From: Octopus vulgaris
Lineage: Eukaryota
Length of the DNA: 64,000 bases
NCBI GenBank assembly: GCA_951406725.2
Contig: OX597824.1
Location: forward strand, 31,124,001 to 31,188,000
Reading direction: 5' to 3'
A model generated the notes under the pieces. That model was given only the letters and a program-made list of their open reading frames with translations. It was not told the origin of the DNA and searched no databases. How positions within the stretch are numbered: the stretch's first letter is position 1; each line of letters begins with the position of its first letter. This document shows positions 41,586 through 54,661 of the stretch, one piece after another. The position numbers and the translations under genes were made by a program.

Positions 41586-42280
41586 GTGAGTGGCAAAGAG
41601 AGTGAAAATATTTTCATTCGAGTGTGCTTTTGTGCATGCGTGTGCATATATTGTAATATATTAATGACAAATTTTCCGTTCCTAACTATAAATCTAGGTA
41701 GTATCGAAGAAAAAGCTTTACTTGATTTCAATAGTTGTGAGCAGAACTTTTCCCCAAACTGCTATGATGGTCACTTTTTCAAGAATAGCAGGAGATAGTT
41801 TGTAGTCTGTGTAGTGATGTCCATTGGTATAAATCTAGGTTTTGAAATAAAAAGGCAATAAATTTCATTGAAGTCGCAAAATTAATGAATGAAATGTATG
41901 AATAAGGCGAAGCAATGCAGAACACAAAATGAAAATGTGAATACAGTCATATCTAGTACCATTCATCAATAATTCACTGAGAACCAAAAATAATTTGTAA
42001 TGTATTTCTTTTTACTATTTTACAGGTTTTAGTAAGATTATTGAATTGCGATAAACCAATGACGGTATCGATGTCTGCAGTAAAACGGTTATAGTGAATA
42101 ATTTACTGAGACTTATTTTGCTGGTACTGAGGGGATGAATAGAAAACCCATCAGTAGAATTTGAACAGTAAATTAATAGAAGAAATAATAGGGCAACCGG
42201 AATTCTCTAAAGCTGGTAATTGTTTCTAAACCTGCTTTGTCATTTTTACGTGAAAGCAAAATAATATATTTGTATATATT

Positions 42281-43120
42281 TCTTTATTGCCCACAAGGGG
42301 CTAAACATAGAGGGGGCAAACAAAGACAGACAAAGGGATTAAGTCGATTACATCGACCCCAGTGCGTAAATGGTACTTAATTTATCGACCCCGAAAGGAT
42401 GAAGGCAAGGTCGACCTCGGCGGAATTTGAACTCAGAACGTAACGGCAGACGAAATACCTGTTGCTTTATTACCGACAAGGGGCTAAACATAGAAGGGAC
42501 AAACGAGGACAGACAAAGGGATTAAGTCGATTACATCGACCCCAGTGCGTAAATGGTACTTAATTTATCGACCCCGAAAGGATGAAAGGCAATGTCGACC
42601 TCGGCGGAATTTGAACTCAGAACGTAACGGCAGACGAAATACCTGTTGCTTTATTATCGACAAGGGGTTAAACATAGAGGGGACAAACGAGGACAGACAA
42701 AGGGATTAAGTCGATTACATCGACCCCAGTGCGTAAATGGTACTTAATTTATTGACCCCGAAAGGATGAAAGGCAAAGTCGACCTCGGCGGAATTTGAAC
42801 TCAGAACGTAACGGCAGACGAAATACCGCAAATCATTTCGCCCGGCGCGCTAACGTTTCTGCCAGCTCGCCGCCTTAAAATAATATATATTTCTTTATTA
42901 CCCACAAGGGGCTAAACATAGAGGGGACAAACAAGGACTGACAAATGGATTAAGTCTATTACATCGACCCCAGTGCGTAACTGGTGCTTAATTTATCGAC
43001 CCCGAAAGGATGAAAGGCAAAGTCGACCTCGGCGGAATTTGAACTCAGAAAGTAGCGGCAGACGAAATATCGCTAAGCATTTCGCCCGGCGCGCTAAAGT
43101 TTCTGCCAGCTCGCCGCCTT
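42281..43120 (-). mobile_element. Tandem array of four SINE copies (two truncated, two full length)
   Basis: Units start near 42281, 42465, 42649 and 42891; flanked by AAAATA(A/C)TATATTTGTATA at 42258 and 43121 (TSD-like). Confidence 0.92.
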
Positions 43121-43307
43121 AAAATACTATATTTGTATAACCAGCTGAAATCGTGAAGGTTGTCATCTTTGCAATACATTGAATTTTTAATGCCAATATA
43201 ATTTATTTTTCCATCTGTTTACATATATACAATATTCAAATGAAATGTTATATGTAGTCGCTTTCAGATCTTGTCTGCTTTATTACTCAATCAAAACCTA
43301 TAAAACA

Positions 43308-44789
43308 TTAGAGTAATGATTTTTAAAATTTTTTTCTGATATTGAACATGGCCAGGATGACTTGTTATGAGAAATGATGAGAAAACAGTGCCTAGCAGTT
43401 CACTTTTTTAAAAAATCTTTGGGATCTTTTCGGTTTGAACGGCAGTTTTTTCTAGCGGTGTCATGAAATTGTCACCCAATAATTATGACCCTAGTCTCGA
43501 TCTATTGCATTTCAATCTGTTTTAGGGTTAGGGGCGGGGGAAGGGTATCTTTTTTTCTTCAGAAATGTAAATAAACCCAATCTGTTTCTTAAACGAGGGA
43601 CATATTCATACGTCACAGAATGTTTTCAGCTCAATAGACGTCATTGATTGGTTGAAATTGCAGAAATTGAAGAAAACAACAACAAATATCTTACAAACTA
43701 TAGAATTTTCTCAATAAAGCCAAGAGAAAAAGATGTTTTATAAACACATTCTACTAGTATACGAAGTTTAAAAGTGTTTAGTTACGTGGAAATTATTTTT
43801 AAAAAACTGCCGTTCAAACCGAAAATAACCAAACTTTGAAACACCTCCCCCACCAACTAATATTTCTATTTTCAAATGTGTCACACTTGCATTGCCTTAG
43901 TCAAACTCACATTACGTTCGGTATTAGTGCTTCACATTATTTTATTAGATTTAAAGGAGTTTATGACTGAAGTTACTTCCTGGCCAAATGTCAATAACTA
44001 TATACACAGTAGTAAACGTTGCTTCACATTTTGAGTAGTATTATCTGTTGTTGAGATAATTCATGAATGCATTATTCTTTCTATTGCAGATATTAAAATA
44101 TGTTGCTTTAATCAGTGAAATAAAAACATCAATCATGTCATTTAAGCAGACAAGTCAAGCAACTGCAGTAAACAAGAAAAAGTGGCAAAAAAAAATAATA
44201 ATAATTTGAAAAATCTATTAAAAAGCGAAGAATAATACTGAATGTGAAACATGAGTTGACTGAACTAACTAGAATCCCCAGAAAATCCGGTATCACTGGA
44301 AGGTATAATGTATTAGTAAAAGTTTAAAAATCCAGACATGCAAGAAATCAGCTCATTGCTCAGAAACTAGAGAATCTATGGAAAAAAAATTTGATTTTCT
44401 GTATATAACATTAAGGTTTATTGTAAGGAAAGTAAATATTCTGTTGACAAGGTATGATACCCTTTTGAAACGTCCGAACTAGGTCAAAATTTTGAAGATT
44501 TGTTTGACATTACTAATCAACATGGCAGCTGGTTATCTGAAGAAGACAAAGACTTTTACAGTACACAAATTCGAAGTGGCGGTATAAATGGCTACACCAC
44601 ATCTCAGTCAGCTATGGTTCATCCTTCAAAGGGAACATTTTCCTCATCAAGAGTGGCAGATTCATCTTCACAAGCGTTTCTCCCATATGCTGAAGCAGGT
44701 AAAGTAACGTGCCTGAAGAATTCTCAAATATTACACAAATTGTTTTGTATGCATTGATGCCACTAATATGAACTCATTTCTTGCAGATA

Positions 44790-44845
<56 letters not shown>

Positions 44846-46282
44846 GAAACTCCTACTTCTGATTCTGCAGATGAAATCACATTACCAATAGACGGACGAG
44901 TAGGTACCTCTAAACAACAGCATTCAACTCAGAAATCAATGAACTTGCTGAAAAAACAAAAAAGGAATTGAAGCAGTCATAAAGCAGCCAACGTCTACAA
45001 ACAGCTGAGAGAGGAAGGAGTATATCTCCCCACTCCGTCACAGTCAGGGGTGTACAAAGCTGCTATGAGAGAGGCTGCAAAGATGAAGCAGGAACTAAAA
45101 GAAACTTTACAAAAATAACCAGTGGGTGCCCTATTTTGATGGAAAGGTTATAAAGGGTAAAGAACGTTGTTGTGAAAACCAACACAAGAGAAATTAGATT
45201 AGCAGCACTAACTCGAAAAAATGGCAGAGCAGATAGCATTTTTCAAGGACAAAAGGAAGTTTTGGATGATTACGAATTGTGGCCAGTAATCAAAATAATC
45301 ATCACAGACACTTGTAGTGTAAATGCAGGAAAGCATAATGGAGTGGTCATTCAACTTCAGAACGAATTTGTAGAGCGACGATATCCTGCACCTCAATACA
45401 TTGGTTGCCAGCATCATGTATTAGACCGCCTCCTAAAACATGTGATGGATGATACACTGAAAGGAAAACCTGCATCACTTAATATATCATATCCGTTCAG
45501 AGACGATTTAATGAAAAGCTATGAGGATTTGGTGTCAGAATGAAAACACGACGAAACAAAACTTCAAATGGATAATAATCCTGGTTGAAGAGATGATCTT
45601 AAGTTTTCATTTGAACTTGGTCATGCTTTCCGATTTTATCAGCAACAAAGCATTTTCCTAGAAATTAAGTTTAGAAAACTCTCCTAGAATTAGCAATGCA
45701 CGTCGGAATTCACGAGCAATCTTAGCCATTCTCACATACATGCCTCTGCCACAAAATAGAGAAATCTCTACGATGTGTGTTGTTTTATCAGCAGAAACTG
45801 GATGGAAATGTGGTTTTGTGACCAAAGGTTTGACAGCATGGCCTACCAGAAACTTTCAGAAGCAGTTTCTGGAAATACTAAAACAAGCAAATGTTTGAAC
45901 GTTAATTAGAATCTTGAAAAATCAGTGATTCAAGATGTTCAGCGTTCAAATATATGTGCTGAACGTGCAGTAAAAATAATGAGGAATTAGATTGCAGGTC
46001 TTCTGAAAAATTAAATCTACGATTTGTTTTAACCAAGAAGAACCTTTGAAAACTACTGTTGTATTAGTCTGCATTTATTACATTAACAATGCATAACAGT
46101 ACAGTACGTCTTATTACTTGAACAATATATTCATGTCCCGTAGAACAAGTGTTGTCAAATATATTGTCATCGGTGGGGGAGTGTTTTGTGAAAGAAATGA
46201 TTATGATTTTTTTGCCATTATACCATAAAGTTCACCATCTGGTACCATGGCCTTACTCGACTTGAAAAAAATCACCACCCTA
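43308..46282 (+). mobile_element. hAT-superfamily (hATm-like) transposon, disrupted
   Basis: Right end reads TTAGGGTGGTGATTTTT on minus, left end TTAGAGTAATGATTTTT; LYFDGK, ITDTCSVNAG, IGCQHHVLD, NICAERAVK motifs; (TCA)n at 44790-44844. Confidence 0.75.
43421..43830. mobile_element. MITE nested in the hAT element
   Basis: TIRs TTTTCGGTTTGAACGGCAGTTTTTT / AAAAAACTGCCGTTCAAACCGAAAA. Confidence 0.85.
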
Positions 46283-46435
46283 ATAAAACATCTATATATT
46301 TCTCGCTCACGCGGTTACCTTCGTTCAAGTACAACATAGACACTCACAGTGAAACCTGATTATTGCTCCGAAATAAATGAAATAACGATAATTTATAGAT
46401 ACTACTATGAAGAACATAGCAACACCTTCACATAC

Positions 46436-46658
46436 CTTGTAACGATCTAATTCTTCCTGTATTGTTATATTAAATTGCTCACCACAAGTAAATGGGAAAC
46501 GGGAAGATATATTTCCACCATTCCAAAAGCCTTTCACTCTGGTCGCATAAAGAACTTTCTTTCGATTATAAGAATGACTTCCATGAAACCGTATATCAAA
46601 ATGTAAGGCTACATCAGAATAAGTTACACTAATATTATTCATCATATTGAATGCAACT
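46436..46658 (-). CDS. Galectin-like gene B, CRD core exon
   Basis: TTTCAG acceptor, AAG|GTATG donor, phase 2 to 0; [24 protein letters not shown]...[32 protein letters not shown]. Confidence 0.92.
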
Positions 46659-46709
46659 CTGAAACGATATAAAAATAAAGCATGACTCAATTATGTATAT
46701 ATGTATATG

Positions 46710-46756
<47 letters not shown>

Positions 46757-46806
46757 AAGTATATTTGTATATATATATATATGTGTGTGTGTATACATAT
46801 GTTTGT

Positions 46807-46847
<41 letters not shown>

Positions 46848-46850
<3 letters not shown>

Positions 46851-47321
46851 TTTATTTGTGAATTAAGGCTACCATTGGTTTCATGTTAAGAAAAGTAGGA
46901 AAATATCCCAGTGTCTTAACAATTTTTCAAGCCGATCACATGGAAAAAGGTGTTCGCCTGCATTTTGGAAAACAGTCTTTTCTCGTCTACGGTATTTCTT
47001 GTAAATTTACGTAAATGAAATTATGAAACAATGAATTAAGGGGCGTTGCTCTAGGGTGGGGCATCTTTTAGAGTTTGACAAATCCAAGAGAGACAAACTC
47101 TAAAAGATACCACCCTAAAGTAACGTCCCTTGATTCCTTATTTCATGGTTTCCTTGATGTGAATTTACGATAAATCCCGTGAACGAAAAATGATTGTTTT
47201 CCAAAATGGAGGCGAATACCTTTCTCCATGTGATCGGCATGAAAAATTGGTAATAAACTAGGATATTTTACAGCCTTTCTTAACATGAAACTAATGGCAG
47301 CCTTAATTTACAAATAAAGAA
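46848..47321. repeat. Imperfect fold-back, arms 46848-47077 / 47094-47321
   Basis: TTCTTTATTTGTGAATTAAGGCTACCATTGGTTTCATGTTAAGAAA vs TTTCTTAACATGAAACTAATGGCAGCCTTAATTTACAAATAAAGAA; ~16-nt loop. Confidence 0.92.
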
Positions 47322-47459
47322 ATTACATATCAACCAATGTAGTGTTGAGCACTCATTTCATCGTTCGATATTAATCATTTCAGCTCTCCGGTTTTATCCG
47401 GTGTATCAGTGGAATACTAAAAGATGTTAGCTGCACATTAATGGATATGGGTATATTAC

Positions 47460-49498
47460 TATTTATGTATAAGAAAAAGAAGAAAATGGAGAAATTGACA
47501 GATAGATATCAATTTATTGAAACTAATCCAAGTTCGAACAATATCAAACTCATAGAACCTACAATTATTTCCATGTCCAATCAATTAATTCAAATTAGAA
47601 AAATTAAATTAAAGACCCATATTAAATTATAGCTAATTGAATATTTTGTCAGGTTCAGAATTTGATAGAAAAAGGAACTACATCCCAATGTGTTGATATA
47701 TCATTGGTAGACTCAGCATTAAATTCAGATACGTGCGCTTGTGCATTCTAATGTATTTTGAAAAAAAAGTTACTTGTGTATATACTACTTTGTTTTGATT
47801 TATTTATGCATGTGCACTAATAAATCTTCTAACGTACAAAGGGAAACAACCCACGTTGGATCCCATCTTAACCTAAAGACTAGCGGTAGGAACAATAATT
47901 ATAATGAATGTAATTATATAAATAAAAATAGAAATAAGAATAAAAATGAAAGTATATATTGTGATTGCAAATTTAGAAATTACTGTTTGTTTAAAAATTA
48001 TTGCAAGCAAAAAATGTAGTATATAGATGTAAAGTGAAACCTGAAGGTAAAATTATTTCTGTATCGGTTCAACGGAAAATTATGTCAAAACACGTATTGC
48101 TGACCATCAATACATCTTTAATAATAAAAATAAGTCGGCTTATACCAGTCTTAGCAAATTAATTTAGGACTTGAAGGACAAGAATAAAAAGTATAGCATA
48201 AAGTGGGAAATAAGCCATGTAGATACTAATTGTGACCTTTGTATTGAAGAATTATTTCAGATTTTGACTTCTAGACGTAAGCTTCTTACGGGGGGGGGGG
48301 GAATCCTGTGTTCACGCCTGTAAATATGTATTTAATAATTACCATTAAAATAAAATGAAAACGTTACTAAAACAATAAGTTAACTATCTTATAAAACGAC
48401 TATCTAAAAATATGTAGAAAATCATAATTATAATTAAAATAATAAGTAATATTAAAGTAAAAAATACTATGTATTAATTGGATAATGGATTAAATATATT
48501 AACTTTGATTACACTAATATTAATGTGTATTCCTCAATATGTATGTTTTTCTCCTTGTTATAATAAAAATATATATATTGTGCACAAATCTTGATGACGT
48601 AGTGTACAGGTATGATATATAGTAAATAGTTTGAATTCGTCATCATCACGTAGTATGTGGCAAACAATAGATATATTTATGATTTAAATTACATTAAATA
48701 AATTAGTACTTAATTGTTAATACTATTAATTGTAACCAAGAAGCTTAGAAAATAATTCTTAGTCGATATTACAATAAAAAATCAAAGAAAAAATGTATTG
48801 TATACAAGTCTTGCCGATGTAATATGCTGCTACCGTGCTATGAAAACAGACTGAATTTCATCATGGTCATGTTAAATTTCATCATGGTCATGTGATACAT
48901 AGTTAAAGTATGATTTATGTTTTAAATTATAAAAATGAAAATTCAGCATTTAATTATTAATACTGGAGGTTATATCTAGGTGACTTACAATATAATCCTT
49001 AACTGATTAAAAAACTTTACTGACGTTTCGTACTTTCACAAGTAGTAATGAAAATTAGGAATAAATGTTTTTAATTACAATTAACTGTGACAAAATATCG
49101 TTTAGACAATCTAACGGCTCCTTTGTTTTTCAATACATTAACACAGGCATGCGCACAAATAAATTAAAACAAAGTTGCATATATACAAGTAGCGCTTTAA
49201 AAAAAATACATTAGAATGCACAAGCGCACAATCTGAATTTAATGCTGAGTCTATCAATGATATATCAACACATTGGGATGTAGTTCCTTTTTCTATCAAG
49301 TTCTGATCCTGACGAAATGTTCAATTAACTATGATTCAATATGAATCTTTAAATTAATTTTTCTAATTTGAATTAATTGATTGGACATGGAAACAATTGT
49401 AGGTTCTGTGAGTTTGATATTGTTCGAAATTGGATTTGTTTCAATAAATTGATATCTATCTGTCAATTTCTCCATGTTCTTTTTCTTATACATGAATA
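47460..49498 (+). mobile_element. Penelope-like GIY-YIG remnant bracketed by ~350-bp inverted repeats
   Basis: Arms ~47460-47815 / 49147-49498; internal CDCKFRNYCLFKNYC, VVYRC, CIGSTENYVKTRIADH, CDLCIE at ~47950-48250. Confidence 0.85.
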
Positions 49499-51131
49499 CA
49501 TACATATGTGTGTGTGTGTTTATTTATGTATGTATGTATACATGTAGATATATGGACATGTATCAAGTAGTGGGGAATGTAGATGATCTAGCGAGTAATT
49601 TGTTAGCGACTCCAACGCATATTTGGCTAACCGTACTCAGGAAGGGTACATTATTTCAAACTATCATTCAATAGGTAAGTATAACAGACAGTGGAATGCA
49701 AACGGTTGTATATTGATATTAATCATTCTGTGCATCCATTTATGTGATAACAAATGCCGTACATTTTACGTGGTGTATAAAATAATAAAGGAATATGAAT
49801 GGACAGCTCAACTTATACCATGTACATTTCCATAGCACGGCTATTTATTCAATAACTGTTAGTAATATTACATAATATTTCATATGTTACATTATTACAT
49901 AACCACACAATTTCTTCGGGTAGTATTGAACATATTATTAGTGAAATCCATGTGTGAAGAAAATTGTTAAAATTAAATAATGAATTTAGAAGGTTCTTTA
50001 GAAAAAAACAGTCAATAAAAGCACTTCAGTTGGGATGCGAAAATTGAATTACAATCAATCAACAAGTTTTATTTTCAGAGAGAAGTTGTAGTCATAGTAA
50101 TAATGGTAGATTTTGCTGGTTGACAAGGAAGTAGTTTATTCTATATCCGTTCATTGAATAAATTCATTTATCAACCAAGAGTTTATCAAGAGCACTTACA
50201 GCAATAAATTATTTGATTAAACAATAGCGCTTAAAGCAAATTTGGACAACGAAGGAATAGATATGCAGACAATGAGCTGTTATTTGTCCGCCAATCGTCT
50301 ACACGTATCAGTAAATAATTTGTTTGCTGATTCCTGTAAATAAAATCTTATACTCTTATAAGATTCATCGGTCCAGCTGTGGGGTTACCTCAACTAAGGT
50401 GACACACAATCAGCCCAAAATACCGCGATGTTTTGAAGTATCATTTCATCTGTAATCCAGTGGATCACATATGCTATGGACTCACGTCACCAAAACAGAA
50501 GATGCGCTCTCCTGTGGCGATAAACAACAGTGATCAGGTATTCACGTTCAATCTGCCACAAGGTGTTTAGAATAAAAAGATAGGTTGTTGTTTAGATTCT
50601 CGTTCTGTGTTCACATGAATTATTGCAATGTAGATTTTTTCTCAAAGTTCCTTAATTTTTCTCTTCCATTAGCTGAATGACTTTTCGTACAACTTTTTAA
50701 AAATTGTTTTAAAGTCTCTAACATTATTTGAGAAAGAATAATTCTCGGTGAAGTGTAAGAAAATCAGGCTTTTGTTTTTGTTTACCTTCAGAAGGTGGGA
50801 TGCAAGAATGTCTCAAAGATTTAAAGTGATGAACCTTTGACCATGGAAGTGTTATGGTCTCAACTCTCACAGCATTTCTGCTATATATTTTAGCAGGAAA
50901 GTAAGTCTGCCAATTCTATAAACAATAGATTCCAATTCAAATTCAGACTTAAATAGTTTCTAATAAAAAGGACTTTTAATTGAAAAATATTTGCTACATC
51001 AATACCACGACCTACTTTATTCAAACAAAAACTGTAAATACGAGAGCAAAATATACTATAAATGACCTGTTGCATAATATATTTTGTCATCGTTATTTAT
51101 AGCAAAAGAAATGTCTAGTAAGAATTGTTAC

Positions 51132-51214
51132 CTTGTGCAAGGATTCACGAAACGACCCAAATAGGTCACTCTTCTATTTTTACCTGGTGGTAAATATGCA
51201 TCCATCATAACTGG
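51132..51214 (-). CDS. Galectin-like gene B, 83-nt exon (PVMMDAYLPPGKNRRVTYLGRFVNPCT-R)
   Basis: TTTTCTTTTCTATACAG acceptor, AG|GTAAC donor, phase 0 to 2; matches the gene A 83-nt exon. Confidence 0.88.
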
Positions 51215-51743
51215 CTGTATAGAAAAGAAAAGTAATTATTTTGCATAAGTAAACAATGTTTCAAATCTTCCTGTTTTCTACAACGTTCTGTCTTTGCTAA
51301 ACTTACGAAAGACTGGTAAGATAAATAAAGAAAAACATGCTGCAAATAAAGAAACCTGTAAAGAACACAGTAACAAATAAAGAACATTGTAACAAGTTGA
51401 AACAGAAATATGTTGTGATTGGACTCCAGTTAACTGAATATAGACTAGAGCATCCTCTACGTGATGAATAGCATACATTATCTAAACAGCAATTAAACTG
51501 TGAAAACATGAAGAGAATACTTCAAAACATTTAGTCATGTGCTTTTCTACTTCTCTTACACAATTTGTTTAACAAAACGCATCTTCAACGCTCAATATAT
51601 TTTCTAATTTAGGAAAGAAAACACTACTATGAATAAATTTTAAAGAATTAAAATTTCTGTGATGTGACATATTAATTCCATAAGAAGAGTGAAGTGTGTC
51701 AAAAATGTGTGCATTTATGCAATTGGAAATTTCATTTAAAGAA

Positions 51744-52648
51744 TACGATCGGTACCCAAAAGTAACCGGAACCTTTTTTGTGGGACAAGCCCGTTGTAGT
51801 TTGGGCATCCACCGCTAGAACCCAGTTAATTCAAACCTTCAGACATCAGTCTGCCGACCGGCGTCTTTTACTGGAGTCGTACTGTCGAGTGGTGCGTCTT
51901 TGTTTTGCAATGCTTCTCCCCGGTTCGTCGATTTTCGTGGTGGCTGAAACGAAGGGACAGATAGCATCCGTGAAATTCTGTTTTCTACTGGGGAAAACGG
52001 CAGCCGAAACAGTTGTCGTGCATCAAACAGCTTACAAGGACGCTGCCATGAGGAAAGCACAAGTTCACGAGTGGTTTTTACGCTTTATTAATGGTCACTT
52101 GTCACTTGGAGACCAACCTCATTCAGGGCGGCCGTCAAACTCCCGAACGAATGAAAGCATCATGAAAATTCATGAACTGATCTGGAGAGCTGTCGTTGAA
52201 CAATTGGTGGACTTGTTGATAGGTTTGAGTGTCCTGCAGCTCCTGCCAACGAATTTTGAACGAGGAATTGCGAATGAAAAGAGTTAAAGCAAAATTTTGG
52301 CATCGCTTGCTCACGGAGGATCAAAAGCAATCACGAATGAATACGTGTCGTGAACTGAGAGAACAGTTGGAAGTTGATCCGGACAGTTTTTCGAAGATTA
52401 TTACTGGTGATGAAAGCTTGTGCAAAAGAACTTGCAGATGTAGGAAAGGTGAAGAAAAAAACGATGGAGGCGTTGAACGGCATCACTTCGTAAGAGTTCC
52501 AGCACTGCTTCGAACAGTGGAAAGCGCGTCTGGACCGATCCATTGCTTCAAATGGAGAAGACTTTGAAGGCGATAAAAGTGTAAACGTAAAATTAAGTTA
52601 ATAAAATAACATGGCAAAATTCTTGTTTCTTTTGAGTGCCCCTTCGTA
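51744..52648 (+). mobile_element. Internally deleted mariner element
   Basis: TA-flanked imperfect TIRs; SVKFCFLLGKTAAET, HSGRPS, IITGDES then a jump to the C-terminus. Confidence 0.9.
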
Positions 52649-53703
52649 ATTATTGAAACTGATTTTTTCTTTAAATTAAAAATACATTATTATTCTGATA
52701 TTTATACAATCACATGGTTATAAGTACCTTAGTAGTTAGTTTGGGAGTGTCGGGCTACTTTTGAGAATTTTGTTTACGACTGAAAAACATCTCATCTAAA
52801 AGATTCGGACATCTTCTTAACGTCACGGAATCAGAATTAAACACTAGTTCATACGAGCGCTTTCACGATTTGGCCATATTTCACACAAGACATAAAGATA
52901 ATACACATGCTTTGAAATCAAGATCCCGATTCGCATTTAACGAAAGATAATTTATAGATAAATAGATAGATAGACAGACATACATACATACACAGACGCA
53001 GATACGCACTCGCATACACATACTCACACACACGCATATATATATGTGTATAAACATATATGTACATACATACATACATACATACATACATACATACATA
53101 CATACATACATACATACATACATTCATACATACATATAAGGGAGGAATTTCGATCATCACCATGTTGTGAGTTGTACCTAAAATATATATGTAAAATAAA
53201 AGGAGGAAAATGCACACACTTTACATGGTTTTAATATATTTTTTAATATATTTTATATTGTGTTTGACGACCGGTTTCGCTTTCGCTAACCATGATACTG
53301 AAATTATTGTAATTTCGTATTTTCTTAAGGAGATTTTAGTCCATTTTGTGTATGGAAAAGTTTGTGAATAAATGTTAAGTAGAAAAATCTCAGAGGAGGT
53401 AATTGGTGATCATTATTATTAGGGACAGGGGAGGTAATTGTTCATCTTTCGGGGCGAGGATAAATGAATATATATATACACACAAAATCTCAAAAGCTAA
53501 GGTAGTGAGATAAAATATGTACAATGATGGGTGTGTGATAATGAATTAAAATATATACTGAAATCAAAGCTGATTATGCTTTAGACGTGTTCTGTATTTT
53601 CGATGTCCGTTGAAAACAAATTGTACTGGATTTCACTTTAGTGCTCTTGGTATGAGAAATGTCTAAAACCTTAAATGGTATTTAGAGATTCAATCAGAGC
53701 GAT

Positions 53704-54438
53704 TATATATTAGAGAGTAAAGGTAGGAAAAGTTATATCTTAAAAATCGCAGTAGAGATAATTCTATAATATAAGCAATATTGCATTAATAAATAAAGTC
53801 CAGCTATGATCATAAAATTTTGTTTTTAAATTTTGAAAGTGCTTACGATCCTTTCATGAATATACTACCACTCGAAATGAAATCTAAAGCTGATAAGCAT
53901 TATTTGGAAGTTATATCCACTCGCCAGAGAAAATGATTAATTTCGGTGTAGTAAATCGAATGATGGAAATGCTATTTAAAATCGGATGAGAAAGGCGTTG
54001 TTTAAAAAGTTGTAGGTATGGATCTGTGTTGGCATAAATTTGAGCTAAAAATTCTGAAAACTGGTTTTATTTTATTTTTTCGAAATTTTTAGCTCAAATT
54101 GTACTGACACAGATCTATACCTATTACTTTTTAAACAACACTTTTCTCATACGATTTTAATTGGTATTTCCATCATTCGATTTACTACACCGAAATTAAT
54201 CCTTTTCTCTGACGTGTGGATATACTTCCCAATAATGATTATCAAATTTAGATTTCATTTCGAGAGGTAGTATATTCATGAAACGATCGTAGTAACTTTC
54301 AAAACTTTATAAGAAAATTTTATGATCATAACTGTACTTCATCTGTTTATTTATTAATACAATACTACTTATATTATGGAATTAACTCTACTGTGATTTT
54401 TCACATATAACTTTTCATAATTTACTCTCTAATATATA
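53704..54438. repeat. Imperfect fold-back, ~355-bp arms (53704-54060 / 54077-54438)
   Basis: ATTAATTTCGGTGTAGTAAATCGAATGATGGAAAT vs ATTTCCATCATTCGATTTACTACACCGAAATTAAT. Confidence 0.92.
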
Positions 54439-54628
54439 TGTATATGTATATAAATGTATATATACATATATGTGTGTGTGTATGTATGTATGTATGTATG
54501 TATGTATGTATGTATGTATGTATGTATGTATGTATATAAATATATAGCATGGCCACAGCTCGTGAGCTGAAACTAGATAAAAATAAAAATAAAAATAAAA
54601 ATAAAAAATATATATATATATATGTATG

Positions 54629-54659
<31 letters not shown>

Positions 54660-54661
<2 letters not shown>

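Noticed and set aside
42281-43120. Regular repeats as a CRISPR-like array
   Set aside because: Units are whole SINE copies without unique spacers; eukaryotic context, no cas genes.
43522-43534. TTAGGGTTAGGGG as an interstitial telomere
   Set aside because: Only two units, inside a MITE.
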